Shown here piece by piece: positions 49,153-55,850 of a stretch of 64,000 nt of DNA. The stretch lies in the IMG/VR virus record IMGVR_UViG_3300045988_010351, one strand, 5' to 3'. Under the pieces are notes generated by a model that was not told the origin of the DNA, made no database searches, and saw only the letters and a program-made list of their open reading frames with translations. A program made the translations under genes and the position numbers. Numbering within the stretch: the first letter of the stretch is position 1; each line of letters starts with the position of its first letter. This stretch comes from a virus.

Positions 49153-49584
49153 TTATACAATTAGTTTCTTCTTCTCTGGTTGAATGATTGGTGAAGGAGT
49201 TGGGTCAGGAACTTCCTCATACTCTTCAATAATGAAGTCAATATCCCTATCCTGTAGCAATAGGCACTGCTTTCCATCCATCTCAACAACATCAAAGTTG
49301 TAAGTTATAATAGGGTTATCAGTGATTACTCCATCCTTTAGAGAACCTTCTTGGTGCTTCTTCACACCAAATCTTGTAGGATTAACCCATACCAAGTCAC
49401 CAACTTTAATGTCTCTAACAGAGCTACCCACTGCAAGTACTCTTTGATACTCCTTCAAGCTGCCTTCTCTCTTAGTCACATCAATAAGACCAGCTCCTAC
49501 CATCATATCCTGCTCATACTTATCCATTGTAGTGATAAGTGCAGTGAACATTGGCTTTATCTTCTTAACCTTCAACATACTCAA
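49153..49584 (-). CDS. GroES/Hsp10-like co-chaperonin (phage gp31-type) candidate
   Basis: YQRVLAVGSSVRDIKVGDLVWVNPTRFGV parallels the GroES EVLAVG...VKVGD.V...GYGV core. Length is 143 aa. Confidence 0.45.
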   Translation of the reverse strand: MSMLKVKKIKPMFTALITTMDKYEQDMMVGAGLIDVTKREGSLKEYQRVLAVGSSVRDIKVGDLVWVNPTRFGVKKHQEGSLKDGVITDNPIITYNFDVVEMDGKQCLLLQDRDIDFIIEEYEEVPDPTPSPIIQPEKKKLIV

Positions 49585-49873
49585 TGACTTTTATACCATA
49601 TTCTACAGCACAAGTGTGCTCAATTTTACAACCTCTATACTTATCCCAGTCCTTAGCAAAATATGCAGCATCTGCTCCAGATAACAGCTCCACTGATTTA
49701 CCCAAGAACCATAGAGGTCTTGCATCTACTGGTGCATCTTTGAAGAAGCTATCAATTACTTCCACATCATCATTAAGTACTGCCTTAGCCTCTTCTACAG
49801 CTTTGGCTCTTTCTGCTTCTATTTCTTCATCTGTCTTACCCTTCATGGGCTGACTAATAAACAATTTCTTCAT
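49565..49873 (-). CDS. 102-aa hypothetical protein
   Basis: ORF. Confidence 0.45.
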   Translation of the reverse strand: MKKLFISQPMKGKTDEEIEAERAKAVEEAKAVLNDDVEVIDSFFKDAPVDARPLWFLGKSVELLSGADAAYFAKDWDKYRGCKIEHTCAVEYGIKVIEYVEG

Positions 49874-50139
49874 TTCTTCTCCCTTATCTGTTTTATAAAC
49901 TTGAGTCTCTTTTTCATACCTAACATCCTATCATAAGTGCAAGTCAATTTACCCAGTGACGGAATGTTGAAATTTGTTCTTAACTTAGCAAAATCCTCTT
50001 CATTAAGATTCTCCTTTAATGGCAAGGACTGTATGGATTGGTTAATGAATAACCAAAATGCCTTATATGTTTTATCTACCACTTCTTTAGGTAAATTCAA
50101 CTCTTCAGAAACCTTACCAATTATATCAAGATAACTCAT
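49870..50139 (-). CDS. 89-aa hypothetical protein
   Basis: ORF. Confidence 0.4.
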   Translation of the reverse strand: MSYLDIIGKVSEELNLPKEVVDKTYKAFWLFINQSIQSLPLKENLNEEDFAKLRTNFNIPSLGKLTCTYDRMLGMKKRLKFIKQIREKK

Positions 50140-50516
50140 TTCAATTCAAAAAGTAACAATAGTTGGAAAGTGCCAGTCTCCTCATCAATGTTAGGAATAA
50201 ACCTTGGATTAATCTTGCCATCAATGATAACCTTATTCTTCCTTAGCTTGCCCATAATTACTTGAAAGTGTGGGAGAGTGATATTACACTCTTCCCTTAC
50301 TTTCTTCTTTGTATCTTCACTCATTGTAACCTTATCAAGTATCTCATTGTCCTTGATAACTTTACTGAGTTCATATCTCTGCTTAACAAAGGATGTAATT
50401 ACATCAATCTCTCTTTCAGTTAACTTATGAAAAGGCTCTAAGAATTTGAACCAATGCCTGAAGAAGCTTCCACTCAAAGAACATGGTACTCTAACTATAT
50501 TATTAGGCTTCTTCAT
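50136..50516 (-). CDS. 126-aa hypothetical protein
   Basis: ORF. Confidence 0.45.
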   Translation of the reverse strand: MKKPNNIVRVPCSLSGSFFRHWFKFLEPFHKLTEREIDVITSFVKQRYELSKVIKDNEILDKVTMSEDTKKKVREECNITLPHFQVIMGKLRKNKVIIDGKINPRFIPNIDEETGTFQLLLLFELK

Positions 50517-50527
50517 ATATATTTATA

Positions 50528-50848
50528 TTACTCTTCAGTTTTAATATTTGAGGTCTCTTCTTTATTATCCTCCTCAGGTACTGTCAGGAGTTCCTCAATT
50601 TCAGCAATACACTTTTCAAGAAAGTCTTGCTGGAACATATGTCCATTCTCTACTACCTTAAACAAGTAATCAAGCCTCTTGAATATATTACTCATATTAG
50701 CAGCCTGTAACTTCATATACAACTGCTTAGCCTGCTCACTAAGCTGATGAGCTATGTTCTCTAACTGCTCATAAGACATCTTCTCAGGTCTCTCTGTTTC
50801 CTTTGTTGTTGGCTGCACCTTTACAGCCTTTTCCTTCTGCTCTTCCAT
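50528..50848 (-). CDS. 106-aa hypothetical protein
   Basis: ORF. Confidence 0.45.
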   Translation of the reverse strand: MEEQKEKAVKVQPTTKETERPEKMSYEQLENIAHQLSEQAKQLYMKLQAANMSNIFKRLDYLFKVVENGHMFQQDFLEKCIAEIEELLTVPEEDNKEETSNIKTEE

Positions 50849-50868
50849 TTTATTTAATAATTAAGTTG

Positions 50869-51090
50869 TTAATACTCTTCAAGGTATCTGTGTCCATATC
50901 TATTCTTGTAGAGGGTATCCCATTCCTCTATTGAACATTCTTCTATATCAGTGGAGCCACACTCATCACAGTAATCTGAATCCTCCATTCTTGGAATGTT
51001 CCTAATATTCAATGATAGACAATGCTTGCAGTATAGTACTGGTACTTCATTGTAATCATTAGGCTGATTTTCTGTGTTTAAGTTGCTCAT
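50869..51090 (-). CDS. 73-aa zinc-ribbon protein
   Basis: Two CxxC pairs (CKHC ... CDEC) about 25 aa apart. Confidence 0.45.
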   Translation of the reverse strand: MSNLNTENQPNDYNEVPVLYCKHCLSLNIRNIPRMEDSDYCDECGSTDIEECSIEEWDTLYKNRYGHRYLEEY

Positions 51091-51388
51091 AAATCATCTT
51101 CTTTCTTTCATTAATAGTCCTACTGTGATGTCCCTTTCTCTTACAAGTATTAGCTTTATTATTGAAAGGTCTCTTAGGGAAGATAATACCATCAAGAGAT
51201 ACATAACCTCTTCTGATTGCTCTTCTTACAGACTTAAACTTGTTTACTGCTTCATAAGTTCTTAGGTGAAGAATACTTTTCTCATAGAAATCTCCCACAA
51301 TATCTACTCTATTCTTCTCCATGTAATCCTTGAACTCCTCTTCACTCATAAGAGGTCTTTCTACTGTCTTCTGCTCTTCCATTTCCAT
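51059..51388 (-). CDS. 109-aa basic hypothetical protein
   Basis: ORF. Confidence 0.4.
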   Translation of the reverse strand: MEMEEQKTVERPLMSEEEFKDYMEKNRVDIVGDFYEKSILHLRTYEAVNKFKSVRRAIRRGYVSLDGIIFPKRPFNNKANTCKRKGHHSRTINERKKMIYEQLKHRKSA

Positions 51389-51395
51389 AATGTTT

Positions 51396-51593
51396 TTATC
51401 TATAGTAGATTAATACAAATTGACCATTCTCTTTAAGTAGAGAAACTATATTCTCTCTTTTAATTCTTTCTTCATTGGCTGCCCTTACAATACCTCTGAT
51501 TGTAGTATCAGTTAGCACAGTCATAATTTGAGAACCCTCTGAACCATTGGTCTTTTTGGTTCTTGTCATCTTTGCTTTTTCTATCTCTTCCAT
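51396..51593 (-). CDS. ~65-aa basic protein, trimmed to Met42 (MEEIEKAK...) of the listed ORF
   Basis: The N-terminal 41 codons of the listed ORF are the translation of a tRNA gene, so the start was moved to the internal Met. Confidence 0.35.
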   Translation of the reverse strand: MEEIEKAKMTRTKKTNGSEGSQIMTVLTDTTIRGIVRAANEERIKRENIVSLLKENGQFVLIYYR

Positions 51594-51608
51594 ATAAAGT
51601 AATTTAGT

Positions 51609-51683
51609 TACGGGGGGAGGACTCGAACCTCCAACCTCAAGGTTATGAGCCTTGCTAGCTACCATTGCTATCACCCCATGATA
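51609..51683 (-). tRNA. tRNA-Met: tRNA-Met/Ile (anticodon CAT), array member 1
   Basis: Anticodon arm CAAGG-CTCATAA-CCTTG, T-arm GGAGG-TTCGAGT-CCTCC and D-arm TAGC/GCTA are clear. The acceptor pairing is imperfect by eye, so the ends are approximate. Confidence 0.55.
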
Positions 51684-51689
51684 TATTAG

Positions 51690-51761
51690 AGCAGATAGTG
51701 GGAATCGAACCCACACATTAACATTGGAAGTGTTACATACTAACCTTTATACTATACCTGC
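51690..51761 (-). tRNA. tRNA-Gly: tRNA-Gly (TCC)
   Basis: Acceptor GCAGGTA/TATCTGC, anticodon arm TAACA-CTTCCAA-TGTTA, T-arm GTGGG-TTCGATT-CCCAC. Confidence 0.65.
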
Positions 51762-51766
51762 AAAAG

Positions 51767-51839
51767 AGCCTCTTATAGGAATTGAACCCATATCTTCTGA
51801 CTACAAAACAGAAATAATTAACCTTTATACTAAAGAGGC
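51767..51839 (-). tRNA. tRNA-like gene with an apparent 9-nt anticodon loop (TTTTGTAGT; possibly Gln-TTG derived)
   Basis: Perfect acceptor GCCTCTT/AAGAGGC and T-arm GGGTTCAATTCC. The anticodon stem TTCTG/CAGAA encloses 9 nt instead of 7. Confidence 0.4.
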
Positions 51840-51843
51840 ATTG

Positions 51844-51929
51844 TAGCTTCAGTGGGATTTGAACCCACAAGAACATTACTGTTCAAAGGATTTTAAGTCC
51901 TCCGTGTCTACCATTTCCACCATGAAGCC
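51844..51929 (-). tRNA. tRNA-Leu: tRNA-Leu (TAA), type II
   Basis: Anticodon arm GAGGA-CTTAAAA-TCCTT, long variable hairpin GAAC-AGTAAT-GTTC, T-arm GTGGG-TTCAAAT-CCCAC. Confidence 0.6.
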
Positions 51930-51937
51930 ATCCAGTA

Positions 51938-52384
51938 TCAATAAGGCTTTACATCACATAAGTGGAACAAGTAGTCATACTTATTGACATTCTGAATAAA
52001 GGTCTCACATTCAGATGTTATACCTTTATATATGGTCTCTTGAGGAATCTTATCATAGAATGCAATAGTAGCAGACTTAACCTCACTTATAAAGTCAAAA
52101 GCATTCAGTGCATCACTTGGAGTTCCTTTGATTACATTAGGTTGTATCTTGCCAAGTATTCCCATATATCCTTCTGCAAGCCCATCTTGATAATCTGACA
52201 ATATGTCAAGGAACTCATCAAGATACACATGGATATTCTTCTTAGGTGCTGCCCAATGCAGATTCTTACACTTAGTCTTCCAACCTTCAAGCTGATTTAA
52301 GAAGTTAATAAAGAACTGAGAACCAGATACTTCTGTACTTCTGCTTGATTCCATTGGAGTAAATAGGCTATCTTCTTCAAACAT
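51938..52384 (-). CDS. 148-aa hypothetical protein embedded in the tRNA array
   Basis: ORF between tRNA-Leu(TAA) and tRNA-Leu(TAG), preceded by promoter-like TAATTTTGCAAC. Confidence 0.5.
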   Translation of the reverse strand: MFEEDSLFTPMESSRSTEVSGSQFFINFLNQLEGWKTKCKNLHWAAPKKNIHVYLDEFLDILSDYQDGLAEGYMGILGKIQPNVIKGTPSDALNAFDFISEVKSATIAFYDKIPQETIYKGITSECETFIQNVNKYDYLFHLCDVKPY

Positions 52385-52394
52385 ATTCTCTTAT

Positions 52395-52440
52395 TTTGAT
52401 GTTGCAAAATTAAGCAAAATAATTGGAACTACCAAACATT
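52395..52440 (-). promoter_or_regulatory. extended promoter-like element, a variant of the conserved motif (minus-strand TAATTTTG)
   Basis: AAGCAAAATAATTGGAACTACCAAACATTTTCC is about 70% identical to the element at 55805-55850. Confidence 0.4.
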
Positions 52441-52468
52441 TTCCTAACTATTTTCCAATTATTTTTAG

Positions 52469-52549
52469 TACCCCCTAAGAGACTCGAACTCTTACACATT
52501 ACTGCGTATGCTCCTAAGGCATATGTGTCTACCATTCCACCAAGAGGGT
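52469..52549 (-). tRNA. tRNA-Leu: tRNA-Leu (TAG), type II
   Basis: Acceptor ACCCTCT/AGGGGGT, anticodon arm TATGC-CTTAGGA-GCATA, T-arm AAGAG-TTCGAGT-CTCTT. Confidence 0.55.
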
Positions 52550-52554
52550 ATTAG

Positions 52555-52629
52555 TGGGTGCTCAAAGAATCGAACTTTATTCTCAGATTTTTCAGACCTG
52601 CGCAATGTAACCATACCTGCCCAACACCC
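52555..52629 (-). tRNA. tRNA-Phe: tRNA-Phe (GAA)
   Basis: Acceptor GGGTGTT/AGCACCC, anticodon arm CAGGT-CTGAAAA-ATCTG, T-loop TTCGATT. Confidence 0.55.
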
Positions 52630-52697
52630 ATAATGACTTATTTGTGTCTCTCCCCACATCACCTTCCATAAGTCAAGGACGAAGATTTCTATTGAAG

Positions 52698-52783
52698 TGG
52701 GAGTAAAAGGAATCGAACCTATTGTGTTTCTAATGTGCCAGATTTACAGTCTGGTGCCCATCCACCATCTGAGCAGTACTCCC
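52698..52783 (-). tRNA. tRNA-Tyr: tRNA-Tyr (GTA), long variable arm
   Basis: Perfect acceptor GGGAGTA/TACTCCC, anticodon arm CCAGA-CTGTAAA-TCTGG; 86 nt. Confidence 0.6.
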
Positions 52784-52825
52784 ATATATATTTATTACTC
52801 ACTCCAACATCAAAGGAACTATATT

Positions 52826-52853
52826 CCAACTGGAATAGTTCCTGAAGGTATCC
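52826..52853. repeat. near-perfect 12-14 bp hairpin between tRNAs
   Basis: GGAACTATATTCCA ac TGGAATAGTTCC. Confidence 0.5.
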
Positions 52854-52961
52854 AAACATAAGACTTAGCAGCTTGTCTAGAGTATGCTTTAATACCCCTC
52901 TTAATTAATGAAATAACCTTTTTCATAACAATTAAAAATTTAGAGTTAATAATATGTTATG

Positions 52962-53034
52962 TTCCCCCATAAGGAGTCGAACCTTACTCTCAAGATTAAA
53001 AGTCTAGAGCATCCACCATCAATGCTTTGGGGGA
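52962..53034 (-). tRNA. tRNA-Lys: tRNA-Lys (TTT)
   Basis: Perfect acceptor TCCCCCA/TGGGGGA, D-arm GCAT/ATGC, anticodon loop CTTTTAA (one stem mismatch), T-arm TAAGG-TTCGACT-CCTTA. Confidence 0.5.
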
Positions 53035-53056
53035 ATATTTGCCAAGGTTGAGATTG

Positions 53057-53130
53057 TGCTCCCACAAGGACTTGAACCTTGAGTCTCCTGTTTAAGAGAC
53101 AGGTGCTTTAACCAATTCAGCTATAGGAGC
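53057..53130 (-). tRNA. tRNA-Lys: tRNA-Lys (CTT)
   Basis: Acceptor GCTCCTA/TGGGAGC, anticodon arm CCTGT-CTCTTAA-ACAGG, T-arm CAAGG-TTCAAGT-CCTTG. Confidence 0.6.
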
Positions 53131-53131
53131 A

Positions 53132-53383
53132 TTATTTCTTTTCATATTTTTCAGACCATGCTTTAGTAATACCTGCTGTTGCAAATACTCCAGCAACAGC
53201 ACCTATATAAGCAGCAAGACCATTAAGGTCTGTCTGTATAGTATGGTTATAACATACTTCTATTATAAGAAGTACAGCAGGAACTAATAGCAGGATTAAA
53301 CCTATTAAAGTAACTGCCACTAAGAAGAAGTTCTTTGAAGAAACTCCTGTATTATTCTTTACAAGTTTATCTATGTAACACAT
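53132..53383 (-). CDS. ~83-aa small membrane protein (two TM helices), trimmed to Met13 of the listed ORF
   Basis: The first 12 codons of the listed ORF overlap the adjacent tRNA-like gene. Hydrophobic FFLVAVTLIGLILLLVPAVLLII and GAVAGVFATAGI segments. Confidence 0.4.
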   Translation of the reverse strand: MCYIDKLVKNNTGVSSKNFFLVAVTLIGLILLLVPAVLLIIEVCYNHTIQTDLNGLAAYIGAVAGVFATAGITKAWSEKYEKK

Positions 53384-53385
53384 AG

Positions 53386-53461
53386 TACTGGCAGAGGGGC
53401 TTGAACCCACATGCACCAATTACCCTTTCTACAATGTATAAGATTGAGGGGATATGCCAGT
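53386..53461 (-). tRNA. non-canonical tRNA-like element (perfect acceptor and T-arm; D and anticodon region aberrant; possible TAT anticodon)
   Basis: Perfect acceptor ACTGGCA/TGCCAGT with T-arm GTGGG-TTCAAGC-CCCTC. The internal 44 nt fold only as CAAT-CTTATAC-ATTG plus CCC/GGG, with no recognisable D-arm. Confidence 0.35.
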
Positions 53462-53468
53462 ATATTGG

Positions 53469-53540
53469 GGTGTCTGATGGGAATTGAACCCACACAATTT
53501 GGAGCCACAATCCAAAGCTCTACCATTAAGCTACAGACAC
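53469..53540 (-). tRNA. tRNA-His: tRNA-His (GTG), discriminator C73
   Basis: Perfect acceptor GTGTCTG/CAGACAC, D-arm GCTT-AATGGTA-GAGC, anticodon arm TTGGA-TTGTGGC-TCCAA. Confidence 0.65.
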
Positions 53541-53542
53541 AG

Positions 53543-53615
53543 TTCTGATGAGTAGACTCGAACTACTAACTACTGCCTTATGAGAGCAGCTTTCTGCCAT
53601 TGAAATACATCAGAA
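53543..53615 (-). tRNA. second CAT-anticodon tRNA (Met initiator/elongator or lysidine-Ile)
   Basis: Perfect acceptor TCTGATG/CATCAGA, anticodon loop CTCATAA, T-arm AGTAG-TTCGAGT-CTACT. Confidence 0.6.
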
Positions 53616-53619
53616 TATG

Positions 53620-53692
53620 TAGGGACAATAGGACTTGAACCTATAACTCCTTCCGTATCAGAGAAGTGCTCTAACCATTGAACTATATCCCT
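53620..53692 (-). tRNA. tRNA-Ile: tRNA-Ile (GAT)
   Basis: D-arm GTTC-AATGGTTA-GAGC, anticodon arm CTTCT-CTGATAC-GGAAG, T-arm ATAGG-TTCAAGT-CCTAT. Confidence 0.65.
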
Positions 53693-53698
53693 ATATTG

Positions 53699-53770
53699 CT
53701 GATGGGATAGGATTTGAACCCATATCAGCTGGTTTTGGAGACCAGTATTTTACCATTAAACTACCCATCA
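53699..53770 (-). tRNA. tRNA-Trp: tRNA-Trp (CCA)
   Basis: Perfect acceptor TGATGGG/CCCATCA, anticodon arm CTGGT-CTCCAAA-ACCAG. Confidence 0.6.
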
Positions 53771-53777
53771 ATTTCTG

Positions 53778-53851
53778 CGGGGAATACAGGACTCGAACCT
53801 GTAACCATTGGATTAACAGTCCACTGCTCTAACCATTAAAGCTAAATCCCC
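53778..53851 (-). tRNA. tRNA-Asn: tRNA-Asn (GTT)
   Basis: D-arm GCTT-TAATGGTTA-GAGC, anticodon loop CTGTTAA, T-arm ACAGG-TTCGAGT-CCTGT. Confidence 0.6.
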
Positions 53852-53854
53852 TAA

Positions 53855-53867
53855 TTTGTTGCTCCTA
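53855..53867. repeat. 13-bp direct repeat TTTGTTGCTCCTA (left copy) flanking the low-GC insertion
   Basis: Exact 13-mer repeated at 54881-54893; a chance 13-mer match in 64 kb is expected about 0.002 times. Confidence 0.6.
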
Positions 53868-53893
53868 ACCATCTGAGCTAAGAGTCCTAATAA
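53862..53893 (-). pseudogene. truncated tRNA (5' acceptor strand plus D-arm only), a remnant at an insertion junction
   Basis: GGACTCT-TA-GCTC-AGATGGTTAG-GAGC then runs directly into the 13-bp direct repeat and the next tRNA, with no anticodon or T-arm. Confidence 0.5.
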
Positions 53894-53922
53894 GTATTAT
53901 TCAAAACATTATAGTGACTTTA

Positions 53923-54825
53923 TTAATGTAAGCCATCTTTCAATATTGTTAATAATTTATTTTTTAATGAACTTTCTTGTTGAGAAATATAATCTATATT
54001 ATTATTGAATATATTTAGATTATTTATGTCCATTTCTTTTATATATTCATATTTTTCAAGAGCTTCTTTTTTAATAGTTTCTAAACTTTTTAGTTGATTG
54101 GTTTTATCATCTAAACAGTTTACAAAATACTTTTGATCAAATATAGTATTTATAAAATTATCACCACAATAAATAGGGATACATCCTGCTAAATAGCTGT
54201 CAAATATTTTTTCAGTAATGTAATATCTATGTTTTACATTCTCAAAACAAATATTAAACTTACTCTTTTCTATAAATGCTATTTTATCATTAATAATATT
54301 ATTAAAAGCATTACCTCCTTTTATTATATTGTTTGAAATATTATTACCAATTTCAATTCTCTTTTGTATTAAATTCAAATCATTTATACAATAATTTGGA
54401 GCATATAAAAAATTGAAATCATAATATTTATTTGATGTATTATTTGAAACAACTATTGAAAAATCATAATCTTTCTTATTCAAAATCTTATGCTTAAACT
54501 TTTCATTCAAATTCTCATAATTACCATCATTATAAATAGGAAGTAAACATTGAATATTTATAATTTTTCTATCATTTATATTAAATACTTTATCTGGTTG
54601 AAATGATATAAAAACATCAACATAATTGCTATAAACTTTAACTAGTGATTCAATATCTAAACATTCACCACATACAAAAATAACTAAATCTGATTTTTGT
54701 TTTCTTTTTTCCAAATTAAAAGAAACTAACTCAACAATATAATTCTGAGGTGTAATTTCTTCTAATATTTTATATAATGGTGAACTTGTGCTAAAATTAT
54801 CCCAAAGTCCATTTAGAATTATCAT
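53923..54825 (-). CDS. GT10-family (alpha-1,3-fucosyltransferase-like) glycosyltransferase, 300 aa, in a very low-GC insert
   Basis: FNICFENVKHRYYITEKIFDSYLAGCIPIYCG matches the FucT motif FxxxFENS(x)nY(V/I)TEK...IPIYxG. GC content is visibly far below the flanks. Confidence 0.6.
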   Translation of the reverse strand: MIILNGLWDNFSTSSPLYKILEEITPQNYIVELVSFNLEKRKQKSDLVIFVCGECLDIESLVKVYSNYVDVFISFQPDKVFNINDRKIINIQCLLPIYNDGNYENLNEKFKHKILNKKDYDFSIVVSNNTSNKYYDFNFLYAPNYCINDLNLIQKRIEIGNNISNNIIKGGNAFNNIINDKIAFIEKSKFNICFENVKHRYYITEKIFDSYLAGCIPIYCGDNFINTIFDQKYFVNCLDDKTNQLKSLETIKKEALEKYEYIKEMDINNLNIFNNNIDYISQQESSLKNKLLTILKDGLH

Positions 54826-54880
54826 ACTATGTATTTATTAGTACAGTTATACTAGCATCAGGGAATATAAGGAATCAAAT

Positions 54881-54893
54881 TTTGTTGCTCCTA
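54881..54893. repeat. 13-bp direct repeat TTTGTTGCTCCTA (right copy, overlapping the 3' end of tRNA-Val)
   Basis: See the left copy. Confidence 0.6.
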
Positions 54894-54958
54894 CAAGACT
54901 CGAACTTGTGACCTTTGGTGTGTAAAACCACTGTTCTTAACCACTGAACTAAGGAGCA
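54885..54958 (-). tRNA. tRNA-Val: tRNA-Val (TAC)
   Basis: Perfect acceptor TGCTCCT/AGGAGCA, D-arm GTTC-AGTGGTTAA-GAAC, anticodon loop TTTACAC, T-arm CAAG-TTCGAGT-CTTG. Confidence 0.55.
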
Positions 54959-55046
54959 TTGATAGGGCAGTTTCTTTAACCTCTAACTGCCCAAAAGAGG
55001 GTTCAAGCAAAAAGCTCAACATTATGAAAACATGAAAACATAGTGT

Positions 55047-55119
55047 GGAGCAAGAGGGACTCGAACCCTTAATTCTTCCTTGCAAAGGAAGTATGTTAGC
55101 CAATTACATCACTTGTCCC
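55047..55119 (-). tRNA. tRNA-Ala: tRNA-Ala (TGC)
   Basis: D-arm ATGT-AATTGGCTA-ACAT, anticodon arm CTTCC-TTTGCAA-GGAAG; the acceptor has one mismatch. Confidence 0.55.
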
Positions 55120-55246
55120 AAATGAGGGTATAGGCTATCAACCCTCTTGTAGGCAGTCACCATTCATTCCCTACTTTATATACCCTAAAGGTGGTATCAC
55201 CTACCCTCTTGTACTGGGGTGAGCATCTTATATTTCTATAAGAACG

Positions 55247-55322
55247 TAGAGTAGACAAGACTCGAACTTGCAATATCACTGCATCCCAAATGCAGGGGGC
55301 TAACCAATTAGCCTACTACTCT
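55247..55322 (-). tRNA. tRNA-Pro: tRNA-Pro (TGG)
   Basis: Perfect acceptor AGAGTAG/CTACTCT, D-arm GGCT-AATTGGTT-AGCC, anticodon arm CTGCA-TTTGGGA-TGCAG. Confidence 0.6.
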
Positions 55323-55328
55323 ATATTG

Positions 55329-55414
55329 CGGAGAGCAATGTACTCGAAACATATACAATTACTTGTACACTTTGCTTAGCAGGCAAGCCCCATAACCTTA
55401 TGGGTTTACTCTCC
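55329..55414 (-). tRNA. tRNA-Ser: tRNA-Ser (GCT), type II
   Basis: Acceptor GGAGAGT/GCTCTCC, anticodon arm CTTGC-CTGCTAA-GCAAG, variable hairpin TACAA-GTAAT-TTGTA; 86 nt. Confidence 0.6.
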
Positions 55415-55450
55415 AATTTGCCTACCCTACCATATAGGAATAGGACTTTT

Positions 55451-55534
55451 AGTTGGGTAGCAGACTATGAGGGAATTGAACCCATAATCTCCACATTGAA
55501 AGTGTGGTGACTTAACCACTTCGTCTAACCCAAC
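55451..55534 (-). tRNA. non-canonical 84-nt tRNA-like element (anticodon arm CCACA-CTTTCAA-TGTGG suggests TTC/Glu; extended T-arm plus 7 extra nt before the acceptor)
   Basis: Perfect acceptor GTTGGGT/ACCCAAC and a perfect anticodon arm. The T region forms a 10-bp arm (AGATTATGGG...CCC-TC-ATAGTCT) that does not fit a cloverleaf. Confidence 0.35.
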
Positions 55535-55539
55535 ATTGG

Positions 55540-55611
55540 TACCCCCTATAGGAATCGAACCTATATCAAAAGATTAGAAGTCTCTTATTCTGTCCATTGA
55601 ACTAAGAGGGC
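55540..55611 (-). tRNA. tRNA-Arg: tRNA-Arg (TCT)
   Basis: Anticodon loop CTTCTAA, T-arm ATAGG-TTCGATT-CCTAT, acceptor GCCCTCT/AGGGGGT with wobble pairs. Confidence 0.55.
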
Positions 55612-55629
55612 ATTTACCTTTACTATTGT

Positions 55630-55700
55630 TACCCCAACAAGACTCGAACTTATGTTACAGGAGCCAAAATCCCGTGTAATAACCAACTATACTATGGGGC
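55630..55700 (-). tRNA. tRNA, identity uncertain (loop ATTTTGG gives a possible TTT or TTG anticodon)
   Basis: T-arm TAAG-TTCGAGT-CTTG and acceptor GCCCCAT/TTGGGGT are present, but the anticodon stem has a mismatch and an ambiguous register. Confidence 0.4.
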
Positions 55701-55749
55701 AATAAAAAGGAATGTTACTCTAAAACAACTGGTTAAAAGTAACATTCCT
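55700..55749 (-). terminator. rho-independent terminator or attenuator upstream of the tRNA array
   Basis: Perfect 11-bp stem AGGAATGTTAC / GTAACATTCCT with a 20-nt loop. Read on the minus strand it is followed by TTTTTATT. Confidence 0.5.
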
Positions 55750-55796
55750 AACAATGGAAATTTCCTAAAACCAATCTCTCTTTCTTAATTGCTCTG

Positions 55797-55850
55797 CAAA
55801 GGTAAGCAAAATATTTGAAACCACCAAACTTTTTCTCAATTATTTTAGTT
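55797..55850 (-). promoter_or_regulatory. conserved promoter motif copy with an extended downstream element (candidate promoter of the tRNA array)
   Basis: CTGCAAAGGTAAGCAAAATATTTGAAACCACCAAACTTTTTCTC; the minus-strand -7 box is TACCTTTG. Confidence 0.45.

Noticed and set aside
51594-51716. N-terminal 41 codons of listed ORF 51396..51716
   Set aside because: They overlap the tRNA-Met(CAT) gene; the CDS was trimmed to the internal Met at 51593.
53384-53419. N-terminal 12 codons of listed ORF 53132..53419
   Set aside because: They overlap the 3' part of the tRNA-like gene at 53386-53461; the CDS was trimmed to Met13.
54891-55103. 70-aa minus-strand ORF
   Set aside because: It lies entirely within the tRNA-Val, hairpin and tRNA-Ala loci; its translation is just read-through of structured RNA genes.
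55120-55240. Two short hairpins (GAGGGT...ACCCTC at 55126-55148; AGGTG...CACCT at 55188-55201) that might be additional tRNAs
   Set aside because: There is no T-loop consensus (GTTCRANYC) and no acceptor pairing; more likely processing or spacer structure.
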